From an uncultured Actinomycetota bacterium (GTDB taxonomy: Bacteria > Actinomycetota > Actinomycetes > Mycobacteriales > CADCTP01): 64,000 nt of DNA. The notes beneath the pieces were generated by a model. The model was not told the DNA's origin, did not search any database, and was given only the letters and a program-made list of their open reading frames with translations. The position numbers and the translations under genes are program-made. How positions within the stretch are numbered: the first letter of the stretch is position 1; every line of letters begins with the position of its first letter. Shown here piece after piece: positions 33,449 through 42,430 of the stretch. Location: the NCBI GenBank assembly GCA_963803135.1, contig CAWDLH010000008.1, positions 432,281 to 496,280 on the forward strand, in the 5' to 3' direction.

Positions 33449-36064
33449 TCACGCGGCGCCGAACGCGTTGAAGGCGCAGCAGGTCACGAACGCGCGCGGC
33501 TCCTCCGGGTCCAGCGCGGAGCGCGCGGCGAACAGCGCCTCCGCCAGAGTCGCTCCGCGCCGTATCGACTTGTGCAGCGCGCACATCAGCGGCACCACGT
33601 CCCAGTCCGGTACGACGATGGCGCTCGCCACGAGGCCGGCCGTACCCCGCGCCAGCAGGGCGGAGACGAAGCCGAGCGTCTCGTTCCCCTCGTACCCCAC
33701 CTCGGAGCCGGACTCGCACGCCGCCAGCACGACCCGGTGCGGGGCCGGTCCGCGCAGTTCCAGTTCGTGCAGTGTCAGCGGTCCGTCGGCGAGCAGCAGC
33801 GAGGAGAAGATCGGGTTGTCCGGCCGCACCCGGCCGTGACAGGCCAGGTGCGCCAGCGACGCGCGGGACAGCGCGGACACCACCGCGGCCGCGACCGACG
33901 TGGGCGGCCGCAGCACGATCGCCTCCGGATGGATGCCGGCCAGCGCGGTCACCTCCGCCGACCCGCCGGGCACGTCCGGGCCGGCCGCCAGCACGACGTC
34001 ATCGCCGACCGGCCGGGCCAGCGCGCTGCGTTGCCACCATGCGGCGGACGGGGCCACCGAGACCGGCGCGGTGTGCAGCGCCGCCCACGGCACCCGCTGC
34101 AGCTCGCCGACCGGCACCACGACGAGGCCGGGATGCTCCGCGAGCCCCAGCGGGTCGAGCAGGAGCGCGGTGAGCTTCCGCAGCCCGGTCCGGGCCGAGG
34201 CCAGCGCCGCCGGCTGCGGGCGCCCTCGGGCCAGCCGCCGCAGCGCGAACAGCAGCGACCGGATCTCGAACAGCACCGCAGCGACCGGACCGAGGTGGAC
34301 CAGCCGGGTCCGGCCCGGCTCGAGCACCGCCGCGATCACCTCTGCGTCGAGCACGTCGTACTCGACCAACACCCGGCCGGCGAGCGTGGTCCGAAGCGCC
34401 GCCGTCGACAGCCGGGCCGGCCTGGCCGTCGGGCCGGACGCCCGCAGCCACGAGCTGCGCCGGATGCGGGCCTCCAGCTCGGCCTGGCGCGTCGCCAGCT
34501 CGGCCTGCCGGTCCCGGGCCGGCCCCGCTCGCAGCTCGGCGGCCGCCGCCCGCATGGCGGCGAGCTCCCCGTCGAGGTCCGCGTCCACCGCACCGGCCGG
34601 ACCCACCGGGTGCAGCTCGACCGCCGATCCCGCCGCGGCCCGGGTGCGCTCCATCCACTCCAGCGCGCGCGCCGGTGAACCGTCTCGGACCACCGCCGCC
34701 AGCCCCAGCCGGCCCAGCTCGGCGCCCTGCCCGGACGCCAGCACCCGCAGCTCGTACGAGGCCAGCGAGGACCTGTGCCGGGCGAGGTCGGCGAGACCGG
34801 CCCGGCAGTGCCGCAGCACGGTCGCGTCGTCCCGGGCCGCCCGTCCGGCCAGGGCACCGGCCACCCGCCCGCGCAGGCGCACCAGCACGGGCGCGCCCCT
34901 CGACAGCTCCAGAGCCGTCGTCCAGGCCGACCTCGCCGGGCCGCTCCGACCGGCGGCCGCCGCGACCCGGCCGGCCAGGAGGTAGGCGTGCACCGCGGCC
35001 GGCATCCGGGCCCGTCGCAGGACAGCCGCGGCCCGGCGCGCCGCCGTCACGTCGGACGGCAGCCCATGCCCGGTCCGCAGCCGAGCCTCCAGCGCGACCA
35101 GGTCGGCCCGGGCCGCCCAGCTCGCCCGGCGTTGCCGCCGGAACTGGGCCGCCACCTCGGCCGCGGCGGCGGCGGCCGCCGTCGGGTTGCCGTCCAGCAG
35201 TAGCAACTGCGCCGCCCGCAGCTGCGCCTCGGCGGCCATCAGCGGCATCCCGGACAGGTCGAGCAGGCGGACGGCGGTCCGGCTCTGCTGCTGCGCCTCC
35301 GGCAGCAGCCGCAGCGCGACCAGCGCATCGGTGAGCTCGACGTACAGCTCGCCGAGCGGCAGCCCGGCGACCTCCCACAGCCTGGCCGCCTCGTCGAACA
35401 TCGCCAGGCCGTCGGTCAGCCGCCCGGCCTGCACCGTCGCCGCCGCGCGGGACTCCGCGATCGCCGCGGCGTAGGTGGGCACGACGCCGGCGGCCGCCTC
35501 GGCAGCCTGGTCGAGCCACCCGAGTGCGATCTGTGGCCGGCCGCGCTCGCTCTCGATGACGCCGAGGTTGTTGGCCGCCTTGGCCCGCACGTCCCGCGGT
35601 ACGCCTGGGCTGGCGAGCACCCGTCGGTACAGCCGCGCCGCGTCCTCCAGCCGGCCCTGGTTCAGGTGCAGCGCGCCCTGCTGGGCGGCCAGCTCGGCGG
35701 CCATCCCCGGCGGGACGAACGCGGCCGCGGCGGTGAAGTCGTGCTGTGCCGCCGACGGGCGACCCAGCTCGTGGTTGACCGCGCCCCGGGTGACCAGGAC
35801 CTCGCCGAGCCGCTCGGCCAGCCCCTCCCGGCGGGCGATCCGCGCGGCCTCGTCGAGCAGCCGCTTGGCCCGCTTCCCGTCGAGCCGCGTGCGGTGATAC
35901 CAGGCCTCCGCCCGCAGCGCAGCGACCAGCGCTTCGGGTGGCCCGGACCGGCGGGCCACACCGACGAGGGCGACCGCGGCGGGACCGGCTCCCTCCGGGT
36001 CGGCAACGACCTTGGCATATGCCGCCGAGGCGAGTATCAGGATCTCAGAGTCGTGCTCGTTCAT
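33449..36064 (-). CDS. TPR-repeat / CHAT-domain (caspase-like) protease, cytoplasmic
   Basis: 871 aa. The N-terminal ~560 aa are helical TPR-like repeats. The C-terminal CHAT domain has the His-Cys dyad in SLAHLACHG and VVLAACESG. No signal peptide. Confidence 0.9.
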   Translation of the reverse strand: MNEHDSEILILASAAYAKVVADPEGAGPAAVALVGVARRSGPPEALVAALRAEAWYHRTRLDGKRAKRLLDEAARIARREGLAERLGEVLVTRGAVNHELGRPSAAQHDFTAAAAFVPPGMAAELAAQQGALHLNQGRLEDAARLYRRVLASPGVPRDVRAKAANNLGVIESERGRPQIALGWLDQAAEAAAGVVPTYAAAIAESRAAATVQAGRLTDGLAMFDEAARLWEVAGLPLGELYVELTDALVALRLLPEAQQQSRTAVRLLDLSGMPLMAAEAQLRAAQLLLLDGNPTAAAAAAAEVAAQFRRQRRASWAARADLVALEARLRTGHGLPSDVTAARRAAAVLRRARMPAAVHAYLLAGRVAAAAGRSGPARSAWTTALELSRGAPVLVRLRGRVAGALAGRAARDDATVLRHCRAGLADLARHRSSLASYELRVLASGQGAELGRLGLAAVVRDGSPARALEWMERTRAAAGSAVELHPVGPAGAVDADLDGELAAMRAAAAELRAGPARDRQAELATRQAELEARIRRSSWLRASGPTARPARLSTAALRTTLAGRVLVEYDVLDAEVIAAVLEPGRTRLVHLGPVAAVLFEIRSLLFALRRLARGRPQPAALASARTGLRKLTALLLDPLGLAEHPGLVVVPVGELQRVPWAALHTAPVSVAPSAAWWQRSALARPVGDDVVLAAGPDVPGGSAEVTALAGIHPEAIVLRPPTSVAAAVVSALSRASLAHLACHGRVRPDNPIFSSLLLADGPLTLHELELRGPAPHRVVLAACESGSEVGYEGNETLGFVSALLARGTAGLVASAIVVPDWDVVPLMCALHKSIRRGATLAEALFAARSALDPEEPRAFVTCCAFNAFGAA

Positions 36065-36130
36065 CTGGGCCCGCCATCACCATCGGATCCGAAGCCTACG
36101 GGCGACCGCCAACACAGGGTAGGGAGTCAC

Positions 36131-37477
36131 ATGACAGACGAGCCGGACGGCACCCCGGTCGAGCGGCGCCTCCAGGACCTGCTGCGGGACGTGCTGACCG
36201 TGCGCCGGCACACCACCGACTTCGGCCGGACCTGGGAGGACCGGGCCTGGCGGCGCGAGGTGCTCGAGCGGTCCCGCTCGAGCCGGACGCTGCTTCCCGA
36301 GCTGCCGCAGGTCGACATCCTCGAGCGGCCCGAGGAGGACTATCTCGTCGGCGTGGGGGAGCTGCTCATCCGCGCCGACGCGTACGACGGGCTGGCCCAG
36401 CGGCTGGCCGAGGCCGCGGGCTTCACGGCGGAGCCGATGGAATGCCTCCGCGGTCGGGTCATCCGCCTGCTCCGGCCCGGTGCCGGCGCCGGCGAGCTCG
36501 CCGACGCGGCCGACCGGATGCGCGAGCGCGGCGTGCGGGTCACGTTCAACTTCGTGCCGCCGATGGCCGTGGTGATCAAGTCCCGGGGCGGTCCTGAGCC
36601 GGCCGCCCGCAGCTGGCCGCCGCATCCCCCGGCCATCTCGGCAGGTCGGGTCCGGGTCGCGATCGTCGACACCGGGGTGGCCGAACAGAAGCGCGGCGAC
36701 GGCTGGCTCGACGGTCTGGCCGACGCCGGCAACATCGACCTGCTCTACTCCAATCCGGATGCGGCTCCCGCCGACCGACGGCTCGACGCGGCGGGCGGGC
36801 ACGGTACCTCGGTGGCGGGGATCATCCAGCACGAGGCCCCGTCGGCCACCCTGGCCATGCACGCGGCGGTGCCGCCGGACGGCTCGGCGCTGGAGTCGGC
36901 GATCGCCTGCGCGATGGTCGGCGCGGTCCAGGAAGGCTTCGACGCCGATCAGGACGTCGTGCTCAACCTCTCCCTCGGCACGACGACCACGGACGACGAG
37001 CCGCCGGTGGCGCTGCAGGCCGCGCTCGACGTGATCGAGGAGATGGCGGCCGAGCAGCGCCGGGACGTGCTGGTCGTGGCCGCGGCCGGCAACTACGGCG
37101 ACACCCGGCCGGTGTGGCCGGCGGCGCTGCGCGGAGTGGTCGCGGTCGGCGCGCTGACCCAGCAGATGACCCCGGCGCCGTGGTCCAGTCACGGTGCGTG
37201 GGTGGACTGCGCAGTGCTCGGCGACGGCGTCCTGACGATCTACGTGGAGGGCACCGAGGACCCGTTCTTCGACACCGATCCGGACACGTTCGGGCCGGAC
37301 TCGTTCGCGCTGCAGTTCGGGACGTCGTTCGCGGCTCCGCAGGTGGCGGGCCGGGTGGCGTACGTGGCGGAGGAGGAGAACGTGAGCCTGCGGCAGGCGC
37401 TCGCCCTGGTGCTCGCCGGCGCCAGCCGGATCCCGGACTTCGGTCGGGTCGTGGCGATCCAGTCGCCGGTCGGCTGA
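36131..37477 (+). CDS. S8 (subtilisin-like) serine peptidase without a signal peptide, with a ~185-aa unknown N-terminal domain
   Basis: Catalytic D in VAIVDTGV, H in GGHGTSVAGI, oxyanion N in VLNLSLG, S in GTSFAAPQVAG. The N-terminus MTDEPDGTPVERRLQD is hydrophilic. AGGGAG RBS. Confidence 0.9.
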   Translation: MTDEPDGTPVERRLQDLLRDVLTVRRHTTDFGRTWEDRAWRREVLERSRSSRTLLPELPQVDILERPEEDYLVGVGELLIRADAYDGLAQRLAEAAGFTAEPMECLRGRVIRLLRPGAGAGELADAADRMRERGVRVTFNFVPPMAVVIKSRGGPEPAARSWPPHPPAISAGRVRVAIVDTGVAEQKRGDGWLDGLADAGNIDLLYSNPDAAPADRRLDAAGGHGTSVAGIIQHEAPSATLAMHAAVPPDGSALESAIACAMVGAVQEGFDADQDVVLNLSLGTTTTDDEPPVALQAALDVIEEMAAEQRRDVLVVAAAGNYGDTRPVWPAALRGVVAVGALTQQMTPAPWSSHGAWVDCAVLGDGVLTIYVEGTEDPFFDTDPDTFGPDSFALQFGTSFAAPQVAGRVAYVAEEENVSLRQALALVLAGASRIPDFGRVVAIQSPVG

Positions 37478-37520
37478 CCGTGGCCGTGCCAGGTGGCGGT
37501 TCGGCGCGCACCATGGAGAG

Positions 37521-37937
37521 GTGATCCCCCTCTCGCTGGCCCGCCGGCTGGGCGCGGCCGGGCTGGTCTGGGAGCCGGCGCCCGGCGACCGGTTCTGCAT
37601 CCCGGACAAGGACATGGACGAGGACGTGTTCGTGCTGTCCACGATGACCATCGAGGTGCACGACCTGCCCGGCCGCACGGTGATCGGCTTCAACGGGACC
37701 ACCGAGTGGGCGCTCGACGACGTGGACAAGGACGCCGCGCTCTGGCTGCCCCGGGAGGACCAGCTGCGCGCCGCGCTCGGCGACGCGTTCCGCCGGCTGG
37801 AGCGGGCGGGCGACCGCTGGCGGGTGGTGGCGACGATCTGGGGCGAGACGGTCGAGTTCACCGGCGCCGATCCCGAGGCCGCGTACGGAGACGCCCTGCT
37901 GCACCTGCTCTCCGCCGGCCCGGACATCCCCGGGTAG
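37521..37937 (+). CDS. 138-aa hypothetical protein downstream of the S8 peptidase
   Basis: GTG start 43 bp after the S8 stop, same strand, high GC3. No family recognised. Confidence 0.55.
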   Translation: MIPLSLARRLGAAGLVWEPAPGDRFCIPDKDMDEDVFVLSTMTIEVHDLPGRTVIGFNGTTEWALDDVDKDAALWLPREDQLRAALGDAFRRLERAGDRWRVVATIWGETVEFTGADPEAAYGDALLHLLSAGPDIPG

Positions 37938-37977
37938 GTCCTGGCCGAAATGAGGCGTACGCGGTTGGCTGTTCGGC

Positions 37978-39450
37978 GTGGACGTGGAGCAGGGCAACGG
38001 CGAGCGCAACGCGCCGCCCTCGGTGCTGGTGATCTTCGGTGCCTCCGGTGACCTGACCCGGCGCAAGCTCGTGCCGGCGCTGGAGAGCCTGGCCCGGGAC
38101 GCGCGGCTGCCGGCGCAGTTCGCGGTGGTCGGCGTGGGCCGGACGCCGATGAGCGACCTCGAGTTCCGGACCAAGGTGCTCGACGGCAGCGTCTCGGTGC
38201 GGTCGGAGCTCACCGACGGCTACCGCTACCTGTCCGGCGCGTACGACGACCCGGACACCTACCGGCGGCTGTCCACCCTGCTCGACCAGCTGGACGCCGA
38301 CCGTGGCACCGACGGCAACCGGGTCTTCTACCTGTCCACCCCGCCGGAGGCGTTCGAGCCGATCGTGACCGGCCTCGGCGCGGTCGGCCTGTCCTGCGGC
38401 CGGTGCCGGGTGGTGATCGAGAAGCCGTACGGGACCGACGAGCGGACCGCGGAGCAGCTCGACGCGACCGTGCATGCGCACTTCGCCGAGGACCAGGTGT
38501 TCCGGATCGACCACTACCTCGGCAAGGACACCGTGCAGAACGTGCTGGCACTGCGGTTCGCCAACGCGGTCTTCGAGCCGATCTGGAACCGCACCTGGGT
38601 CGATCACGTGCAGATCACCGTGGCCGAGACGCTCGGCGTCGGGACCCGCGGCAGCTTCTACGAGAGCGCCGGCGCGACCCGGGACATCCTGCAGAACCAC
38701 GTGCTGCAGGTGCTGGCGCTGGCGCTGATGGAGCCGCCGACCTCGTTCGCGGCCGAGGCGGTGCGCAACGAGAAGGTCAAGCTGCTGCAGGCGATCCGGC
38801 TGCCGACCTGGACCGAGATCGACCGGATCGCGGTGCGCGGGCAGTACACCCGCGGCGGCACCAGGCGGGAGCTGATGGCCGGCTACCGGGAGGAGCCCGG
38901 CGTCGACCCGCTGTCCCAGACCGAGACGTACGCGGCGCTGCGCCTGGAGGTGGACAACTGGCGCTGGGCCGGGGTGCCGTTCTACCTACGCACCGGCAAG
39001 CGGCTGCCGCGCCGGGTGACCGAGGTGGCGCTGCAGTTCCAGCGCCCGCCGCACCTGCCGATCGCCGCCGGCGATGCCTCCGAGCTGGACGCGGACGCAC
39101 TGGTGCTGCGGATCCAGCCGGACGAGGGGATCGAGCTGCGGTTCGGGGCCAAGGTGCCCGGGCACAGCTTCCGGGTCCGCACGGCCTCGATGCAGTTCTC
39201 GTACGGGGAGTCGTTCCCGGAGGAGTCGCCGGAGGCGTACGAGCGGCTGCTGCTGGACGCGCTGGTCGGTGACGCGACCCTGTTCATCCGCTCGGACGAG
39301 GTGCGCCAGTGCTGGCGCATCATCGACCCGGTGATCGAGCGGTGGTCCACCGACCCCAAGCGGATCCCGACGTACGAGGCCGGGTCGTGGGGTCCGGACG
39401 AGGCCGACCGGCTGCTGGAGCGCGACGGCAGGGCCTGGCGGAACACCTAG
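37978..39450 (+). CDS. zwf: Glucose-6-phosphate 1-dehydrogenase
   Basis: FGASGDLTRRKLVPAL (NADP site), RIDHYLGKDTVQN (active site), 490 aa. No opcA/tal/tkt neighbours. Confidence 0.95.
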   Translation: MDVEQGNGERNAPPSVLVIFGASGDLTRRKLVPALESLARDARLPAQFAVVGVGRTPMSDLEFRTKVLDGSVSVRSELTDGYRYLSGAYDDPDTYRRLSTLLDQLDADRGTDGNRVFYLSTPPEAFEPIVTGLGAVGLSCGRCRVVIEKPYGTDERTAEQLDATVHAHFAEDQVFRIDHYLGKDTVQNVLALRFANAVFEPIWNRTWVDHVQITVAETLGVGTRGSFYESAGATRDILQNHVLQVLALALMEPPTSFAAEAVRNEKVKLLQAIRLPTWTEIDRIAVRGQYTRGGTRRELMAGYREEPGVDPLSQTETYAALRLEVDNWRWAGVPFYLRTGKRLPRRVTEVALQFQRPPHLPIAAGDASELDADALVLRIQPDEGIELRFGAKVPGHSFRVRTASMQFSYGESFPEESPEAYERLLLDALVGDATLFIRSDEVRQCWRIIDPVIERWSTDPKRIPTYEAGSWGPDEADRLLERDGRAWRNT

Positions 39451-39998
39451 CCGGCGGCGCCGGCGCGGTCGCCGGACCGCATCGCCGTCACGAAGAACAG
39501 CACCACACCGGCGGCGAGCAGGAGATCGCCGATGCTCAGCGAGACGAGGTAGGCGGGTGGCCGGACGACGATCGCGTCGGCGAGCCAGGGGAGTCTCGTG
39601 CTCGAGTCGAGCACGGTGTGCGCGGCGGCGTGCGGGCCGATGAACGTGTTCACCGCCGAAGTCGGGCCGGCAAGCACCTCGGGCGGGGACGGCATGCCGC
39701 CGTTGGCGAGCACGGCGACGGTGTTGAGCATCCATCCGACGGTCATCAGGACCAGCGCGGCACGCAGGCCGCCGTGCCGTTCCCGTACGTTGACCGCGAG
39801 GAAGCCGGCCACGAGCAGCAGGCCGAGAGCGCTCCCGGCGGACGCCGCCGCGCGGCCGCCGAGCCAACCGCCGAGCAGCGGTGCGAAGAGGGCGGCCAAG
39901 AGCAGCGGAAGCGAACGCAGTCGCAATGCGGCCAGGTTTCCGAGCCGGCCGCCGGCCAGATAGCCGACGGCCACGGAAACGACGAGGACGACGAACAC
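39447..39998 (-). CDS. Polytopic membrane protein (DUF5317-like)
   Basis: About five hydrophobic segments. 4-nt convergent overlap with the zwf stop. Confidence 0.7.
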   Translation of the reverse strand: MFVVLVVSVAVGYLAGGRLGNLAALRLRSLPLLLAALFAPLLGGWLGGRAAASAGSALGLLLVAGFLAVNVRERHGGLRAALVLMTVGWMLNTVAVLANGGMPSPPEVLAGPTSAVNTFIGPHAAAHTVLDSSTRLPWLADAIVVRPPAYLVSLSIGDLLLAAGVVLFFVTAMRSGDRAGAAG

Positions 39999-40007
39999 CG
40001 GCGGCGA

Positions 40008-40121
40008 TCAGGTGCCGATCGACAACCCCTGCACGTGGTTGCCCAGGCTGAGGTAAAGGATCGCGGCCGGAACAGCGAAGGTCGCTGCAATCCGTATGCC
40101 TCGCTTGATGCGCTTCGTCAT
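40008..40121 (-). CDS. Candidate 37-aa micro-ORF (MTKRIKRGIRIAATFAVPAAILYLSLGNHVQGLSIGT), one TM
   Basis: AAGGGGTG lies 6 nt before ATG 40121. The stop lies 9 nt before the DUF5317-like start. Uses locally atypical A/T-ending codons (ATA, ATT, CTT, TTG). Too short for the track. Confidence 0.35.
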   Translation of the reverse strand: MTKRIKRGIRIAATFAVPAAILYLSLGNHVQGLSIGT

Positions 40122-40469
40122 CGTCCACCCCTTACTCGTCCGGCAAGGCCTCAGTAGACGGGATCGAGGGCTCGTCGGTCAACGCTGCCTACTCCTCGGC
40201 ACGGCCGACCGGCTCCCGTTGGTGGCGGCCGTCGATCGACCGCCGGCCGAACCGGTTCGAGGCCGAGGCCGACCGGCCGCTGGAACGGGACGGCCGGGTC
40301 GGGCGGAACCCGCAGCGTCCCGGTCGCCACCCGAACGCAGGTGGTCACGGTTCCGGCGACCGACTGTCCGTCCGCGACCGGCTCGGCCCGTCCGTGACCA
40401 GCCCCGGTCCGGTCCGACCTGGTCCGGTATCCGCGAGGAATTGTCGGTACGGGATGGTTCCCTGCTGGC

Positions 40470-41240
40470 ATGACTCTCGCCGACGACTTCCGCCGCCTGC
40501 AGGCCGAGGGCGTGCTCGTCCTGCCCAACGCCTGGGACGCTGCGTCCGCCCGCCTGGTCGAGCGGGCCGGCGCCGCCGCGGTCGCCACCACCAGCGGCGC
40601 GGTGGCCTGGAGCCTCGGGGTGCCCGACGGCGACCGGCTGCCGCTGGAGCTGCTGGCCGGAGCGGTCGAGCGGATCGCCGCGGCCGTCGCCGTGCCGGTG
40701 ACCGCCGACGTCGAGTCGGGTGGTCCGGACGTGGCCGCGACCGTGCGGGCGGTGCTGGCCGCGGGCGCGGTCGGGATCAACCTCGAGGACGGCGGCGGTC
40801 CGGTCGAGCCGCACCGGGACCGGGTCGCCGCCGCCCGCGACGCCGGCGGGCGGGAGCTGTTCGTCAACGCGCGCACCGACCTCTACCTGTTCGGCATCGG
40901 CGAGCCGGACGACCGGCTGGCCGAGACCATCGCCCGCGCGGGGGTCTACGCGGAGGCCGGCGCGGACGGGATCTTCGTCCCGGGAGTGACCGACCCGGAG
41001 GTGCTGCGGACGCTGGTCGCGGAGATCCCGCTGCCGGTCAACGTGCTGGCCGGGCCGGGCGCGCCGGCGGTGGACGAGCTGGCCGCGGTCGGGGTGCGCC
41101 GGGTCAGCGTCGGCACCGGGCTGGCCGAGGTGGCCTATGCGGCGGCCGACCGGGCCGCGCGCGAGCTGCTGGCCACGGGGACCTACCGGGCGCTCGAGGG
41201 CGGCCTGGACTACGGCGACCTGCAGAAGCTGCTCGGCTAG
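40470..41240 (+). CDS. Isocitrate lyase / PEP mutase superfamily protein (methylisocitrate-lyase / carboxyPEP-mutase-like)
   Basis: VLPNAWDAASARLVE..., PVTADVESG..., GINLEDG..., ADGIFVPG. Confidence 0.9.
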   Translation: MTLADDFRRLQAEGVLVLPNAWDAASARLVERAGAAAVATTSGAVAWSLGVPDGDRLPLELLAGAVERIAAAVAVPVTADVESGGPDVAATVRAVLAAGAVGINLEDGGGPVEPHRDRVAAARDAGGRELFVNARTDLYLFGIGEPDDRLAETIARAGVYAEAGADGIFVPGVTDPEVLRTLVAEIPLPVNVLAGPGAPAVDELAAVGVRRVSVGTGLAEVAYAAADRAARELLATGTYRALEGGLDYGDLQKLLG

Positions 41241-41911
41241 CTGGTGCAGGAGGTCACGCCGCCGCGGGCACCCTGGTTGAAGGCGTCGATCCGCTGGCGC
41301 GCGTCGCCGTGGTCGCTCTCCTTGGTCCAGGGGAAGTCGTCGGCGACCGCGACCAGCGTCTGCTGCAGCTCCTGGATGTCGCCCCGCTCGAACTGCAGCA
41401 GCCCGCGGTCGGCGGCGCCGAAGAGGATGGCGCCGGCGAAGCAGTCGGCCTGCAGCTCGGCTGCCACCGAGACCTGGTCGGCCCGCAGCCGGGCCTGGAT
41501 CGCGTGGCCCCACTCGTGCGCGATGATCAGGTAGACCCACGCGTCGCCGATCTTCCGGTAGCCGGCGGCCATGAGGTTCTCGTCCCAGGCGAGGAAGTCC
41601 TGCGACGGGCAGTAGAACGCGTTGAACGGCACCGACGGCTGGCCGCCGCAGCTGGGGCCGTCCTCGCCGACGTAGCCGCCCCTGACCTGGGGCGGAATGT
41701 AGGACTGGCGGAAGTCCTCCGGGAAGACCTGCCGCCAGAACGCGTCGGTCGCGCCGACCGCGCCCCGCTCGTCCGCGTCGAGGTCGTCCCGGTTCACCGA
41801 GTCGAGCGGGTTGTCGCTGGTCGAGCCGCCGCCAGAGCTCCCGCTGTCGACCGAGACCGCGCACCCCGCGAGCAGCAACACTGCGGCCACCGCGGCCAGC
41901 AGCGCGCGCAC
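41237..41911 (-). CDS. Lipoprotein, YpfJ-type neutral zinc metallopeptidase
   Basis: Lipobox signal (V)RALLAAVAAVLLLAGC if the start is GTG 41911. IIAHEWGHAIQ (HExxH) and ELQADCFAG. The frame stays open upstream through a (PAT)n array to an ATG near 42289, so a longer form cannot be excluded. Confidence 0.75.
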   Translation of the reverse strand: MRALLAAVAAVLLLAGCAVSVDSGSSGGGSTSDNPLDSVNRDDLDADERGAVGATDAFWRQVFPEDFRQSYIPPQVRGGYVGEDGPSCGGQPSVPFNAFYCPSQDFLAWDENLMAAGYRKIGDAWVYLIIAHEWGHAIQARLRADQVSVAAELQADCFAGAILFGAADRGLLQFERGDIQELQQTLVAVADDFPWTKESDHGDARQRIDAFNQGARGGVTSCTS

Positions 41912-41936
41912 CGGTGCGGCCCGGCCCGGCGCGGCC

Positions 41937-42180
41937 GGGGTGGCCGGGAAGGCTGGGGTGGCCGACGCGGCGGAGGTGGCCGGGGTGGCCGGGGTGGCTG
42001 GGGTGGCCGGGGTGGCCGGGGTGGCCGGGGTGGCCGGGGTGGCCGGCGCGGCGGGGGTGGCCGGGGTGGCCGGGGTGGTTGGGGTGGCCGGGGTGGCCGG
42101 CGCGGCGGGGGTGGCCGAGCTGGCCTGGGTGGCCGGGGTGGCTGGGGTGGCCGGGGTGGCTGGGGTGGCCGGGGTGGTTG
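41937..42180. repeat. 9-bp tandem array GGGGTGGCC (about 25 units, with interruptions)
   Basis: Read directly. Lies between the metallopeptidase start and the divergent DMT gene. Encodes (PAT)n in the metallopeptidase frame. Confidence 0.9.
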
Positions 42181-42430
42181 CACCGGCGTCCGCGTGGTCG
42201 GCGGGGCGGGTCACGGTCCGGCCGTCCGGCCGGGCGGCCGCGCGGGCGCCGGCGAGGGAGGCGTGGCGGGCGGCGGGGCGGACGCGCATGCGCCCGGCGT
42301 ACCCCGGAACGGGCCGGTGCGACACGCGCAACCGGTTCCCGCCGGAAACCGGGGGACACCGGGCGGAACAAACCGGCAGAGGTCGGGGTCGAGGATCTAG
42401 GCAGAGCGTTCCCGGACGGAGAGGACACCG

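Noticed and set aside
32400-34678. Plus-strand ORFs 32400..33839, 32663..34678 and 33900..34985 across the repeat protein and the CHAT gene
   Set aside because: These are frames of the 15-bp repeat ((RWFRS)n or (VPLVP)n translations) and antisense of the CHAT gene. No starts have an RBS and none resembles a family.
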